This document shows, in pieces, positions 11,353 to 23,626 of a DNA stretch of 64,000 nt (positions are counted from its first letter, which is position 1; every line of letters starts with the position of its first letter). The stretch spans positions 18,848,001 to 18,912,000 of the forward strand of contig JBHGNT010000011.1 of assembly GCA_043228905.1 (NCBI GenBank), written 5' to 3'. The translations under genes were made by a program, and so were the position numbers. Source of the DNA: Azolla caroliniana (lineage: Eukaryota; Plantae; Polypodiophyta). The notes under the pieces were generated by a model. It saw only the letters and a list, made by a program, of their open reading frames with translations. It made no database searches and was not told the DNA's origin.

Positions 11353-14148
11353 AAGCCTATGAAAGGATGCAAGGGCAGGCCTAGAGATTTTAGAAACACC
11401 AAAGACCATCATGTCTCCTCCATATGTCAGGTGAATCATGGGAAGGCTACTCAACATGGCTACAATAATAACAAACTTAACAGTTATAAGATTGTAGCCA
11501 CCACATCATGTGGTTGCTCTGTTCCAGCCATGAAGTCTATCCTTATCAGTAATACTGATCTGCATCATCATGACCACAACTTCAATATAAGCAATCCTGA
11601 TCCTAATCCTAGCCCTAATCCTAATCCTAGCCCTAATCTTAATCCTAATCCTAATCCTAGTTACATCATGAGTAAATTACCTAATAAATACAAGTACATC
11701 AAGTTAAGGAGACAAATATGGCCTCTCTTCAAGCAAGAATATTATAATACTAATAGTACTAAGATTTATAGTAAGGTGGACATTAATCATAAGGGTGCAT
11801 TAGGTTATACTTATAGTAAGCCCATCACCCATTACCATACTAAATATACTCCCAATCATGTCAATGTCCCAGCAGTTAGAAGATCATCTCCTAGTGCTAC
11901 CGGCCAATATCCATGGCAAAGAAGCAAATCAGTCATCTTCACAGGTAAATCATCCAACTATAATTACACTTTTTAGGCTCAGGAATAAATTATAATTAGC
12001 ATGGTATCCTCACCCTTATACTTTTCTATTGTGTGAGTATATATATACATATATCCAAATCAGTCATCTTCACAGGTAAATCATCCAACTATAATTACAC
12101 TTTTTAGGCTCAGGAATAAATTATAATTAGCATGGTATCCTCACCCTTGTACTTTTCTATTGTGTGAGTATATATATACATATATCCATACATCCATCCA
12201 TACATAGGTTTGTATGTATGTATGGGGTTTTTTGTAATTAACCTTTAAAAAACTGTTGATTGAATCTGTGATTTGTTTTTAACATTCGGCTAAATCAAAT
12301 CAAAATTTGCAAAATTACTAAATTATTTACTCAAAAAAGTCTCCACAATTTGTTAGTACAGATGTGTCGATGCAACGTGATTCGGTTGCGTGGCCTCACA
12401 AGTTAAGAGATGAAGAGACGATCAATGGGCGCCATAACATTGGTATGAAGGCCTCAGTACCGGAGGATGAAGATCAAATCCCTATTGGAACGGTGATCTG
12501 TAGCCACGAAACATCCATGACACCACAAGGAATGAGCCCGTCAAACACAGCAATGAATGCCAATGTATTAATGTCCACGCGACCACTTATAGGAACAAGA
12601 ATGCCAACACAAAGCCATCCTAAGAGAATACTCGATTCGAGCTCCTTGTCCATTGCTGTCGAAAGAGAGTTTGTGCGGCTAGGAATCATCTACAAAGTTC
12701 GTGACGAAACCGAACTGGTCCATAAATCACAAGACCCCAAGGCCCCTTCCACTTCTACTACTTCCACATCAATGTCTAATGCCAATGTCCAAGAACTTAT
12801 AGAAGATGCTGATATGTCGAACGATCAGAAGGCGGCTTTTCCTTCGGATGTAACCGAAGTCGATGATGATCAATGGTTCAATGAATCTAACCGGACAGAA
12901 TCGGTGAGGTTTGATTCGAAACCTTTCTATGTAGATCCAACCACTCTTCCCGATATGGGCCACTTTGCCCAACTCATAAGGAGAGCTGAGGTATCGCTAC
13001 GAAGATTCACGGCATACTTGATAAAAGCCAAGCACAAGGCCTTAAGGAAGGAGAACCCATGTACTAGTAGTACTCAACATATAAAAGACAAACTATATGG
13101 TGTTATAGCCTCCATGATCAAACCAGATATGGCTATGGTTCGGTTCGTAAAGCCAGGACATTTCCGTTATGGCTTACAGGCGTGTGTGAATGCGGTAGTG
13201 TTCGATCGATTCGATACCATCACTTATGGAGCCGAGAAAACGGTGTCGGAGGCCGGGAAAGTGTTATCTGAGGCCGAAAAAGTGGTGCTAAAGTCAGGAG
13301 AGGTTGTATCGGATTCGGTGACAGTAGTCACCGATGCAGGTGCCATGGTTTCCCGATCGTGTAAAGTGGTATTGGAGTCTGAAAAAGCAGTGTTTGAGTC
13401 GGGTAAAGTAGTTTCGGAGTATGGGAAAGTGGTATCGGATGATGCCAAAAAGAGGGTGTCCCGTGCTGGGAGATTGGTATCGCGGTCTGGAAGAGTGGTA
13501 TCAGAGGCCGAGAAGATGGTATCCCATGCTGGAAAGATGGTACGGAAGTCCGGAAAAGTCGTATCCGAGGCCCGAAAAGTGGTGCTAGAAGCCGCGACAA
13601 ATTTCGAGGATGTGGTACTTGTGAATCGATGCACCAATGTGTCATCAAGTGAGTATTATGTGCTCGAAACATTGTGTCGGAGATGCACTAGTGGGGATCA
13701 TCAGCTTGTGGAATTGAACTCAGATTTCAAGGTCTTTTGCCATTTGAAGCTAGAAAACATGAAGAGGAGGATAGGGTGGGTCACCAGATGGCCTTCTAAA
13801 CTTGTGGAGGTCTTTGGGTTATGTCTTATAGATGTTTGGATTGCCCATAAGTTTGCCTTTTCTCTCGAAAGACCCCCTTGTCTTTTCTTTGTCGAGGCGA
13901 AGACACATCTCGAACTCGACTCCATGAACCCTTTGGTTGTAGAAAAGAAGCCTTCGCATGATAGCCTAGACCCTAAATGGAGTGACACGGTCCAATTTAG
14001 TGTGTTCCCTGGGTTCAACCTTGGGCCTTCCTCACCACCCCTCCTTCATAGCATTGTATACCTCAAGCCCAAGGCCCAAGGCATCACTCCTCGTGATTTT
14101 CTTGTCTTGTTGCAATCTACGACTACCGAGAGCAAGCGTGAAATTTAA
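11335..14148 (+). CDS. GIL1 / IRK-interacting-protein-like protein, 2 exons, about 798 aa, with an (NP)n tract and an internal heptad repeat
   Basis: Exon 1 11335-11944 (donor CAG|GTAAAT, phase 1) joins exon 2 12362-14148 (TACAG| acceptor) in frame, 2397 nt in total. The C-terminus (FKVFCHLK...WPSKLVEVF...VWIAHKFAFSL...VQFSVFPGF...SIVYL) resembles the GIL1/IRKI C-terminal domain. Confidence 0.7.
11925..12186 (+). repeat. 131-bp near-perfect tandem duplication spanning the exon 1 donor
   Basis: caaatcagtcatcttcacagGTaaatc...catatatc begins at 11925 and 12056. Confidence 0.95.
13231..13590 (+). repeat. Coding minisatellite, 17 x 21 bp, encoding heptads of consensus (A/S)GKVVSE
   Basis: AEKTVSE AGKVLSE AEKVVLK SGEVVSD ... 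SGKVVSE ARKVVLE, with one extra Asp before unit 11. Confidence 0.95.
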
Positions 14149-17100
14149 ACCTTTGAACATCGCTTACAACATCAAATGTTTGAACCAATAGTGTTAAAAG
14201 CTCTTGGCTTTGTTGTTCGATCTCATGTCGATCAAGGCAATACTCAACCCTTCATGTAAATATATACACATAAGACATTTTTTTCACCAATTCAAAGGTT
14301 TTAGCCTTCTATTGGATTAATTATTCAAACTTTATCCAAGCTTCCACAACTCGCATTTAATGAATGTTGTCTTGAAGTTTATTGGAAATACAACAATGTA
14401 AACAATGTTTAAAATGATTGTGACATGACATGAGTTTTGGGACCACTAAGTCTTATACAATGTACATTATTGTCCAATATTAATGCATGTGTTTTGATGC
14501 CACTTAATAAATATATGAATCATGCAAGACTAATGTATGTGAACCTTCTATTGGATTAATGATGAAAGATATTATTCAATCTCCCATAGCCCCACATATA
14601 ATGTAACCGTGAAGTTGATTACAAATATGAAAATATAAACGTGTTTCATTATTATTATCGTAACTTGACATTAGCTTTGTGACCACAATTAACTAACCAT
14701 CTTGATCCACAAATTCTTCCTTTCTTAAATTTCAGAAACCTCGGAACATCTAGAATAAAGTTTCAATCATCATAATGTCAAAACAATCCAAATACCCACG
14801 GACATGTGGTTCACATAATGCATTTAATTTAAAATGCTTTCCCTATTCTATGCCGAAACCATCCTAATATTGATGTGAGTCTGACAATGGTTTGTGTCGT
14901 ATATAGGGCGCAACGAGAAGGTTCACACTTTCATGCAATTATATCTTTCCAAATTGCAAAGAAAGGCCACATGTTGTTATTGGACTATTCTGGAAAAATG
15001 GAAATTCGATAAATGCACAAATTGCGTCACAACCCAAATACCAACAAAAATGCACCGAGTTATGAGTACTAGGATCATTTATACATATAGGTACTTCAAC
15101 TTTTCAATTTTAGTGTGCATACACACATGCACCCTCCTCCCATGCCCCCCCCCCCCCACACACACACTCTCTCTCTACCACAATGTGCCATAGAATGTGC
15201 AAAATAATAATAATACAATGTTTGACATGTTAAAGATAATAATACAATGTATCATGCCCTCTAGGCTCTACCATTTTTGGAGATCCCATACCTACACGAT
15301 TAGGGTGTGTTGTGTGTACCAATCGTTTGCCCCCCTCGTACTATCATTGTCTCTTGCGGTTCATTTGAATTTATCCAACCATTTTCATTTCCCTTCACGC
15401 TCATAAATGATGTGTGCTTGAAGTGCATTGGAGCATTAATAATATAATGCACAACACTTGACCACTTGACTAATCGGTGTAACATTCTCAAACTTCTCTT
15501 TTCACCATGTAAAATTTTACAGATCCATATACAATACTGATAAACAATTATAGTTACATGAAATAAAGTATGGCATTTGTAATCCTATTAAATTCCATCC
15601 AAGAAAGAGAATGAATTTTATGTGATTGCATGGACTAGGTAAACTCTTTGAGAAATGCCTACCCTATACACTAAAATAGCAAGGTAAGTTCAAGTAAAGT
15701 TTCCATGTTTCCATGTTTCATACAAATAAGTAAAAATCCTCACCTATAATACATGACCACTTTGCCATGTTGAAATAGATGTTGTCACAAAATCTAAATC
15801 ACCAATAGAACATTTGGATATTAGACTCCTCCATTCATACTTCACATTTATTTCTATAGTTTTCTACTTAGAATCCAAATTGTATGAATATTCTAGCATA
15901 TTACATCCTAAACTATTACATTATATGACATTATATCATATGACGCTATATGGCATGATATCGATATGATAAATATTTACTATAACTGGATAATGCCAAA
16001 TTTGAGCAACAACAATCCAATACTGTATAAAATCAACAATTTTGTAAGTAGGGATTCAATGTGCACCTTGAAGAGTGCTACAAATATCTACTCACTATTC
16101 ATATTGCATGTATTTAATGTGCACTTTTGAGGAAAGTATTTATGAACATTTATATACATTAGTTACAACTGCTGAATTTGTTAAATGATGTCTCAAAAGT
16201 CTCAATGGCAAATAGGATATTTGTCTCTTCTTCTAGATACAAAATGATGTCTTCAAGTCGCTATAGTTCAGTCATTTGTGCCTAGATCCACATAAGGTTC
16301 AATTAAGATTTTGTAGTCGATGAATAGTTTGGTACCTTGTTGTGGAAAAGTTGTCCTATGGAGTACTAATGATTGTTATTGTTTCTTTGCAATGCAAGAA
16401 ATGGAAATGTGTACTACTTTCTAGAATCAAGAAAACCAAGTTAACGATGGAGCTTAGGATAGCTCATTCAATAAGCAATCATAATTAGTCTAATCATACA
16501 CTTAAATTAGACGATGTGACAAACGTATTCAAGAAGTATGTTAATGCAATCTATTAGAGAGTTCATATATTTGGGGAAGGAGGTTGGCATCATATTGGTG
16601 ATGCCATGCATTGACCCAAAAGTCTTCACAATCCACAAGGCAATAACTTTGGGAGCAGATAATTACTTGGCTTTCAAGCAAAGATGCATTGCTCTAGGCC
16701 ACTTGTTGCATGTGTGCACTCACAAATGCATGCACATTCTAGGTTTACATTAATCAAAAACTTGTTCACTTAAATGCGATGAATAATTTGAGCTTTTGCA
16801 TGACAGAATCCAATAGGATGCATTCAAACAGTAATTGCATATCCTATTTCTGACACTCAAGCAATTCATTAATGAAGGTGTGAGTCATGGTTGATCTCAG
16901 TTCCTTTTTACTCCAGTCAAATATGTAAATTCGTAGTTGAAATGATTTACAACATGAGGTTGCTTCAAGTTAGTCTAGGTTAGAGACTTCGGGTTCTTAT
17001 GGTTCACTCATTTGCAAATGTTAGAATAAGCTTTACATAGCAAATTTTTTATTTCACAATATTGTATTGTAATGTTGGAATCACAATAATGCCCTATATT

Positions 17101-17716
17101 GATTGCCCTGGGCTTCTTGATTTATAATCTTGTGGAGCTTAGTAAAAATAAGTGGAAAAACAGAGCCAATTCACTAGTAGCTCCATGTATCAATCCAAGC
17201 CTCCCAATTTCTTGTGAAACATTAGAGGACTTCTACAAGAAAAAATGTTGATCCCATTCCAAAACTCTTTCCAGTATTGTCGATTTGTAACAACCTTTAA
17301 TTCTGGGTTAGCCGTCTCCTGTCCACAAAAGAACTATAATCCTCTTTGCATTTCCCAAGATGCTTTCATCCTTACTAAATTCTTGAGTACTTACAGGTTC
17401 TTTAACACAATGTTCCAATATTGACACACCTAGGATCACAGCAAAGCATTTACATTTGTTTATAAAAATGCATCAGTACCCAAATCCTACAAATGGATGG
17501 ATAAAACCATGCATCGTGAAACTATCCAGGATGATATCTATAATAATCCCAGACATGTGGGCATATGCAACATCAATAATCTTTAACAAATATTTAGCCA
17601 TTTACATTATACATGTGTGTATCAAATCCCAATTGTTTTGAAAGGATTAGTAACTATGAACAAATTTATATACAAAATGCTTCCAACCTATAGCCCAAAG
17701 AATGCTCAATGTTATC

Positions 17717-20392
17717 TTACTTCGATCCCCGCTTGACGAACACCATTAGAAGCACTGCTACAGCCAACATCATACAAGAAACAACTGTCTTGTCTACCGC
17801 ATTACCATTGCCTTTTGGTAGGAAATTTTGATTAGTGGATCCGTAGATAGAATTGAATAGGAATATTACTTTATGGAAAAGTCCCAACACTTTCTCGCTC
17901 ACACCACTATAGATATCGTAAACCTTTGAAGACAACTTTGTAAAACTATTTTCATTACAATCCTTTGGCTTATCCTTTTCATCCTTCTGATGCTCTGTAA
18001 AAGAATAAGGGAGAATGCTCTTCTTCAGACTTCACATAACACTCACAAAGACCCAAATTAATATAAAGAAGTATTTTCTTTTCAAAAGTACCATCTGTAG
18101 ACGGTTGAGAGCTTGCAAATTGCAGTAATTTTTCATTATTTAGCATTGCATTCCAAACAGCAGGATCAGAAGCCAATGATTTAACAACATCCTGATAGAA
18201 GAACACATTGACAAGTCAATTCAACAGCCAAAGTTTCTAAAATCAGGAGGCCAGCCGAAAATTGATGAAATCTATCATCGGTATAACTATGTGGGAAAAC
18301 AAGAAAATCAAGCAGGATCAGAGCCAACAAATTAACATCCTTAGAGATGAATACATGTTGAGAAGGCAATTTCATAACCGAAGTTTTTAAAATCAGGAGA
18401 TAAACCGAAAGTTAATGGAGCATATCATTGATATAAGTATGTAAAGAAACAAGGAAATCAAGCATTGGTATAAATATGTGGAAAAGTAAGAAAGTAGCTT
18501 CCATTATATGATTCCACGCACACCTGAACGACATTGGTATAAACATGTAGAAAAACAAAAAAATCCAGCATTCATATATATATATATATATGTTGAAAAG
18601 CAAGAAAGTAGCTTTCATTAAATGATTCCATACTCCTGAACATTATTGATATAACTATGACGAAAAACAAGGAATAAATATAGCATTGGTATAAATATGT
18701 GGAGAAACAAGAAAATATAGCATTCATTAAACAATTCCACACACCTGAACCTTTGGATTCGTTTGCATAAGATGAAGTGCTTGCATTACAGACCTCTTCC
18801 TTTCTGTGAAGTCATCACCAGATGACCTTGACACATCCATTACCTGTTTATTGGAAACTAATAATGTATTTTCTTCTTCTTCTTCAGCTTCTTCTTCTCT
18901 ATCTGTAACATCTGATATAGGTGAAGTATCTTGGATAAGTTGAGATGCCGGTAATGATCTGTATGAATATAAACATACACAACCTATAAAGTATGAGAAG
19001 ACAACAAATATGCGAAAGGAAAAATCTAAACAACATGAAAAAGATGAGAACTTTTTTCACATCCAACTACCAATCTGTCAGTAAAAAATCTTTCCCATAT
19101 AATCTTCTATGTTAATAGAGCTTTTTTCAAGCTGATCAAAAGCCTTCCCCATGCGTAAGTTGCTTAAGCAAGAACATTAAGTGAGAAGGGAGGCTCCAAC
19201 AAATGAATTAGGTGCATTCGCAATCAGTATTCCCCCTTGGAAATTGAAGATTTGTTTGCCTGGCTTTTACAAATGTACAGATTCAATCCCAATTGATATA
19301 AGGAAAGAATCTAGCAAATACTACAACAATATCATGTGGTATGAATGTTAATATGGGAGAGGTCAATGATAAAAAATGACTTGAACAAATTAGTTTACTT
19401 GGTTGATATTGCCAGAGATCCTCTTAATTCTATTCAATTTCTTGCATTCAGACTTTTGTTCGTTGTGAGAGTTACACTAGGAGTATTAACCATTGTATGA
19501 CTCAATGGGGAGGTACCTTAATAAAAAAACACTTTTAAAAAGAAAAAACTCCAATTAACGTTAAACCTAGACTACTCCCGAGAGGAGAGAATTTGATAAA
19601 CCAAGACAAAACAAACTTCAAAAAATAAGAGAATTTTTCATTCATAGAATTTTAATCTTTGATTTTGTAATGGGGAACAAAGCTATTAAATCAATTATTG
19701 AAAATATTAGATTACCTGTACAGATGTAAAGAGTTATCTGTAAAGATTAAATGTTTAATCAATAAAGACATTGGTAAAACCTTAGTTTGGAAGTACAAAG
19801 TTATGTGCATGGTAAAGCATAAAACTTAATTGTTGTTAGATTATGTGTGCGGTAAAGCTTAAAGCCGAATTTTCATTGACTGCATGGAAAACCCCTACAC
19901 TTAAGTAGATTAGAAATAACTCAGAAAAAAGGTGGGACTTTTCCGTGATAAAAATACACAATAAAAAAATCTCACAACGATAGGCAGCCTTTCCAGTATA
20001 CGTTTCTTAATATTTCTAACAAAGATAACAAACTATTTCACAGAAAAGCTCATAAATATATATATATATAGCTTTATCTCGAAAAATCTCAAGAACAAAC
20101 AAGGAGGAGGAAGAAGAAAAACTCACAGGTGAAGAGCAACCCGGAGATCATCCGTAGCTTCGTCGACCTCTTCTGTGGATGGAGGAGGAAACAACACATA
20201 TTGATGAGCTATTTCTTCTTCTTTTGCATTTGTTTGCTTCAGAGCACAGCCAAAGCTCTCTGGTCTCCTGATGATAGAAGAAGAGGAGGACGAGCGGCAC
20301 AAGGCTTGTTGAGCAGGAGAGGAGGATATGGCGGCAGTTGTTGCTGATCCAACCCATCGTGCCACACCTCGAAACAGAGCACCGCCTCCCAT
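17717..20392 (-). CDS. Conserved plant protein, UCP012943-like (At4g25170/At5g54540-like), 4 exons, C-terminal hydrophobic anchor
   Basis: Exons 20392-20127 (MGGGALFR...PPSTEEVDEATDDL), 18958-18745, 18191-18092 (DVVKSLASDPAVWNAM), 17994-17717 (MMLAVAVLLMVFVKR); GT-AG boundaries. Confidence 0.8.
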
Positions 20393-21599
20393 ACCTATCT
20401 CTGGATTTTGCAGATTGTTTTCTTCTTCTTTCTTCTTCTTCTTCAAGAGCAATTTATGTATGTTTTTGTATTATATATGTATGGGCAATCAATCAAACAG
20501 AGAGCCCCTGTTCCTGAGTAAGTCTCTTTGTCTCTCTGTTTCTTTTCTTATGAGTCCTTTGTCTCTTGTCTAAGTGGGTGTGGGTGTGGGTATAGGTGCT
20601 CCCATTCCATGGGCGACCGCCCAAGTCAATTATTGGACATGTCCGACTATTTGGGCACTCTTCGTTATCATTCTTCTTCTTCTTCTTCATTGTCTCGAAG
20701 ATATGTGTACATGTTTGTGTCGACCGCCTTCCTCTCTCCGTGGAATGCAATCGTGTATCACCTCAATCGAGAAGAGATCTCCTTCCCTGGGCTTATCAAA
20801 GATTTAGACTATGGAGAGTTGCGTCAATCCTATTCTCTAATTATACATTGCATGACATTCCATCGTACGATCCACTCTTAACGCTCACATGCGCATCCAA
20901 AGCTTGCATTGCAAAGAGTGGGCTACGCACATCCAAGGATCATAATCTTCTTCTTTTTCAAGGACAGTTTATCAAAAGACAATGATATGATCTAATTTCA
21001 TATCCGAAATGGCAAAATAATTCCATAGTCCACACTACAATTACTTTTCTACTTGGTCATTAGGCCATTGTCCAATTGATCGTGCCAAATTTGAGAGGAC
21101 TATATAAAAATTCATAATCTAGCCAAAATATGAACATGGCATGTTTTAAAAAAGAGAGTGCAATATGAAGTCAACATGTCATTGGCTTAGCATTATGCTG
21201 CTAAAAATAATAACTCACTATAGAGATGAAAGGGAAATCAATATGAGTAATTGCTTGCCGCATCTAGTCAATCAACTTTTTGAAGGTTTTCATGCCATCA
21301 TTTAATGTGCTCCTAATGTTGGACAATTACCTCAAAGTTAAATATTCTCTAGCAAATGCCATACAATACTTCGATTGGCTTTGAGTGCATATCTACATTT
21401 ACAACTAGGAGCTACAAAGGGCAAGCCCATCAAAGTTCTTGTATGATTGAATGCTTGAGAAGGTTATTAGATAAATGCAACATAATAGTGCATTCACTCC
21501 AATCTTGATATTGTTTTGTGTTCATCTAGCTAAGATCTTGACATTATTTTTATATTTTTAAAATATGGTTACTAATTAAAAAGGTAGCTTAAACATGTC

Positions 21600-22400
21600 A
21601 AGAAACTTGACCTGATGATTTACACTTCCCTAGAACAATAGAATATGCAAAGGATTCCCCTCTTTTAAGGACAAACGTGGAAAACTCGATTGAGGCTTTT
21701 TAAAACTCCTCAAGCCATTAGCATCTTACACGCTAACTAGTTCCCCATTATTTCTCCAATTCAAAGAAATGTTCTCATTTCAATTTCCTTGAATTGTGCT
21801 TGTCCATGTTTCCTAACTTTTTGCAAGCTCAAACACTAGGTTACAACAAAAATGAAATCATGAAAATATATAGGGCTATATTCACAAGATGGAATATTTC
21901 TCTTTGCCACCAATACATTATCCTCAAAAGACATCATTGTCATGGCCACCAATCACTCTCACAACAAAAGTCTTGACTCTTAACCTACAAAAATTGACCA
22001 CAAAGAGAATTCTTCCAAAAAGCTTGATTCAATATCCAACCTAATTCCTATAGAAAGGCATCTTTCATGTGATTCATTGAACTACAAGTTTACAATTTAC
22101 ATTTTCAAACTATATGTAATATTATATTCAAACATTCTCAAGAAAGCATATGATTGGATCTTTCCGTTTTCTTGTCAACATTTCAATAATTACCTCACCA
22201 AGGTTCAAATTTGGTATTGCTTCAAAAAGGTGCCAAACACGTCAAATACCAAGAACATCTATGTGTTGGTAAACAAATTCACTATTGTGCTACTAATTTT
22301 AGTCATTCATCCATGAACAACGTAAGGTATTAAACTTGGCATACATATATTCATCAAACGCTTGATTATTCTCTTCAAATCCTAACAAATGCTAATTTAA
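21600..22400 (+). mobile_element. Highly decayed LINE reverse-transcriptase fragment
   Basis: Remnants WPPITL (cf. WRPITLL) at about 21942 and KAYDWI (cf. KAYDRI) at about 22144; many stops. Boundaries approximate. Confidence 0.4.
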
Positions 22401-22634
22401 AAAGCTCACAATTAAGGTTGATATATAAAAATGACTACATCAGATGCACTCAACGCCTATTGTGTGCATCATAAAAACTATGACTAAAACTTTAAGGTCT
22501 TCATCTTAGACATTCTTCATCATTTTTTTATACAATTGATCTCATATTCATGTAATCTAAAGCAAGATGTAGAGTTTAAGTTGGGATTTGCAATCAAGAA
22601 CCCAAATGGAGAAAACTATGGCATAAAAAACAAA

Positions 22635-22997
22635 TTTTATATGGATGCAAATCTCAAGGTTCAAGACAAAGGTGACACTTTGTCTTAGTTCACCAATATT
22701 AGTTCACCAGTTCATTGACCTTCACGACTAAACCAAATAATTTTAATATTTCTATTTCTCTATATAGATATTGGATTTTATATGGATGCCAATCTCAAGG
22801 TTCAAGACAAAGGTGACACTTTGTCTTAGTTCACCAATTCTAGTTCACCAGCTCATTGACCTTCACAACCGAACAAAAAAAATTTAATATTTCCATTTCT
22901 CTATATAGATATTTGATTTTTTGTGCAGCCTGGATCTTATATATAAACCGGTTCATAAAAATACAGGCCCCAATCAAAGGTTCAAGACTGAGGTGAC
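22635..22997. repeat. Tandem duplication of about 141 bp, 2 copies plus a partial third
   Basis: ttttatatggatgc(a/c)aatctcaaggttcaagacaaaggtgacactttgtcttagttcaccaat at about 22635 and 22776; aaggttcaagac again at about 22977. Confidence 0.9.
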
Positions 22998-23030
22998 CAT
23001 TTTATTGTCCTCTTCTATGATGATGATATA

Positions 23031-23487
23031 TGTTAGAGTTACATTCTAAAGTAAGCATATGATAAGGATAACAAAGATAGATTAATAAGAAAGGAGAGAG
23101 AGAAAGAAGGGTGGCGATCCACCCAACCACCCCCGAACGAAAGGATCGAGATGGACTCGAGCCTCGATCGGCGTCCCAAACCATCGTTGTGGCGTCGAGT
23201 CGTACCTAGTGCTGGCGCACTCGCTACAAGAGTTGACCCACCACAAGAACGAAGTCTCAACATAGTCAAGAGATGATGAAATGAGAGTAGCTAGGCCTCA
23301 TATTTATAGCAAGACCCAAGGCCCCCAGGCTAGTTCACACTTGGCCTAATGGGTTATCTCAATCCAAAGGATTAAAAGTAATCCTCTCTTTCGTTACACT
23401 CTCGTTTAACCTTCACACTTTATCCACGTGTATAGAATACTACGGTAAATTCTCACCACGGGATATTATATGGTCATGCCTGTAACA
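23031..23487 (-). mobile_element. Solo LTR, 457 bp
   Basis: Termini TGTTA...TAACA; 5-bp target-site duplication ATATA at 23026-23030 and 23488-23492; internal CTATAAATA on the minus strand at about 23300; GC-richer than its flanks. Confidence 0.85.
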
Positions 23488-23626
23488 ATATACCATAACA
23501 ATAGGTGACTCCAGACAATCCAAGAGAAAGGCCACATACATCCTCGATGAACCAATAGAATTTCATAAATTTCTTTACATAAAAAGTTGAGGTTATGTAC
23601 ATACAAATTAGTAAACGAAAATCACT

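Noticed and set aside
10190-11457. Low-complexity ORFs (10193-10545 and the 226-aa minus ORF 10777-11457) and an apparent A-rich/T-rich inverted repeat
   Set aside because: These are products of A/T tracts and tandem repeats; the complementarity is only compositional.
11595-11660. (CCTAAT)n tract resembling telomeric repeat
   Set aside because: It is not the plant TTTAGGG unit, and it lies in frame as an Asn-Pro coding tract.
13224-13672. Antisense ORFs of 137 and 114 aa over the heptad array
   Set aside because: They are shadows of the stop-poor 21-bp coding repeat on the plus strand.
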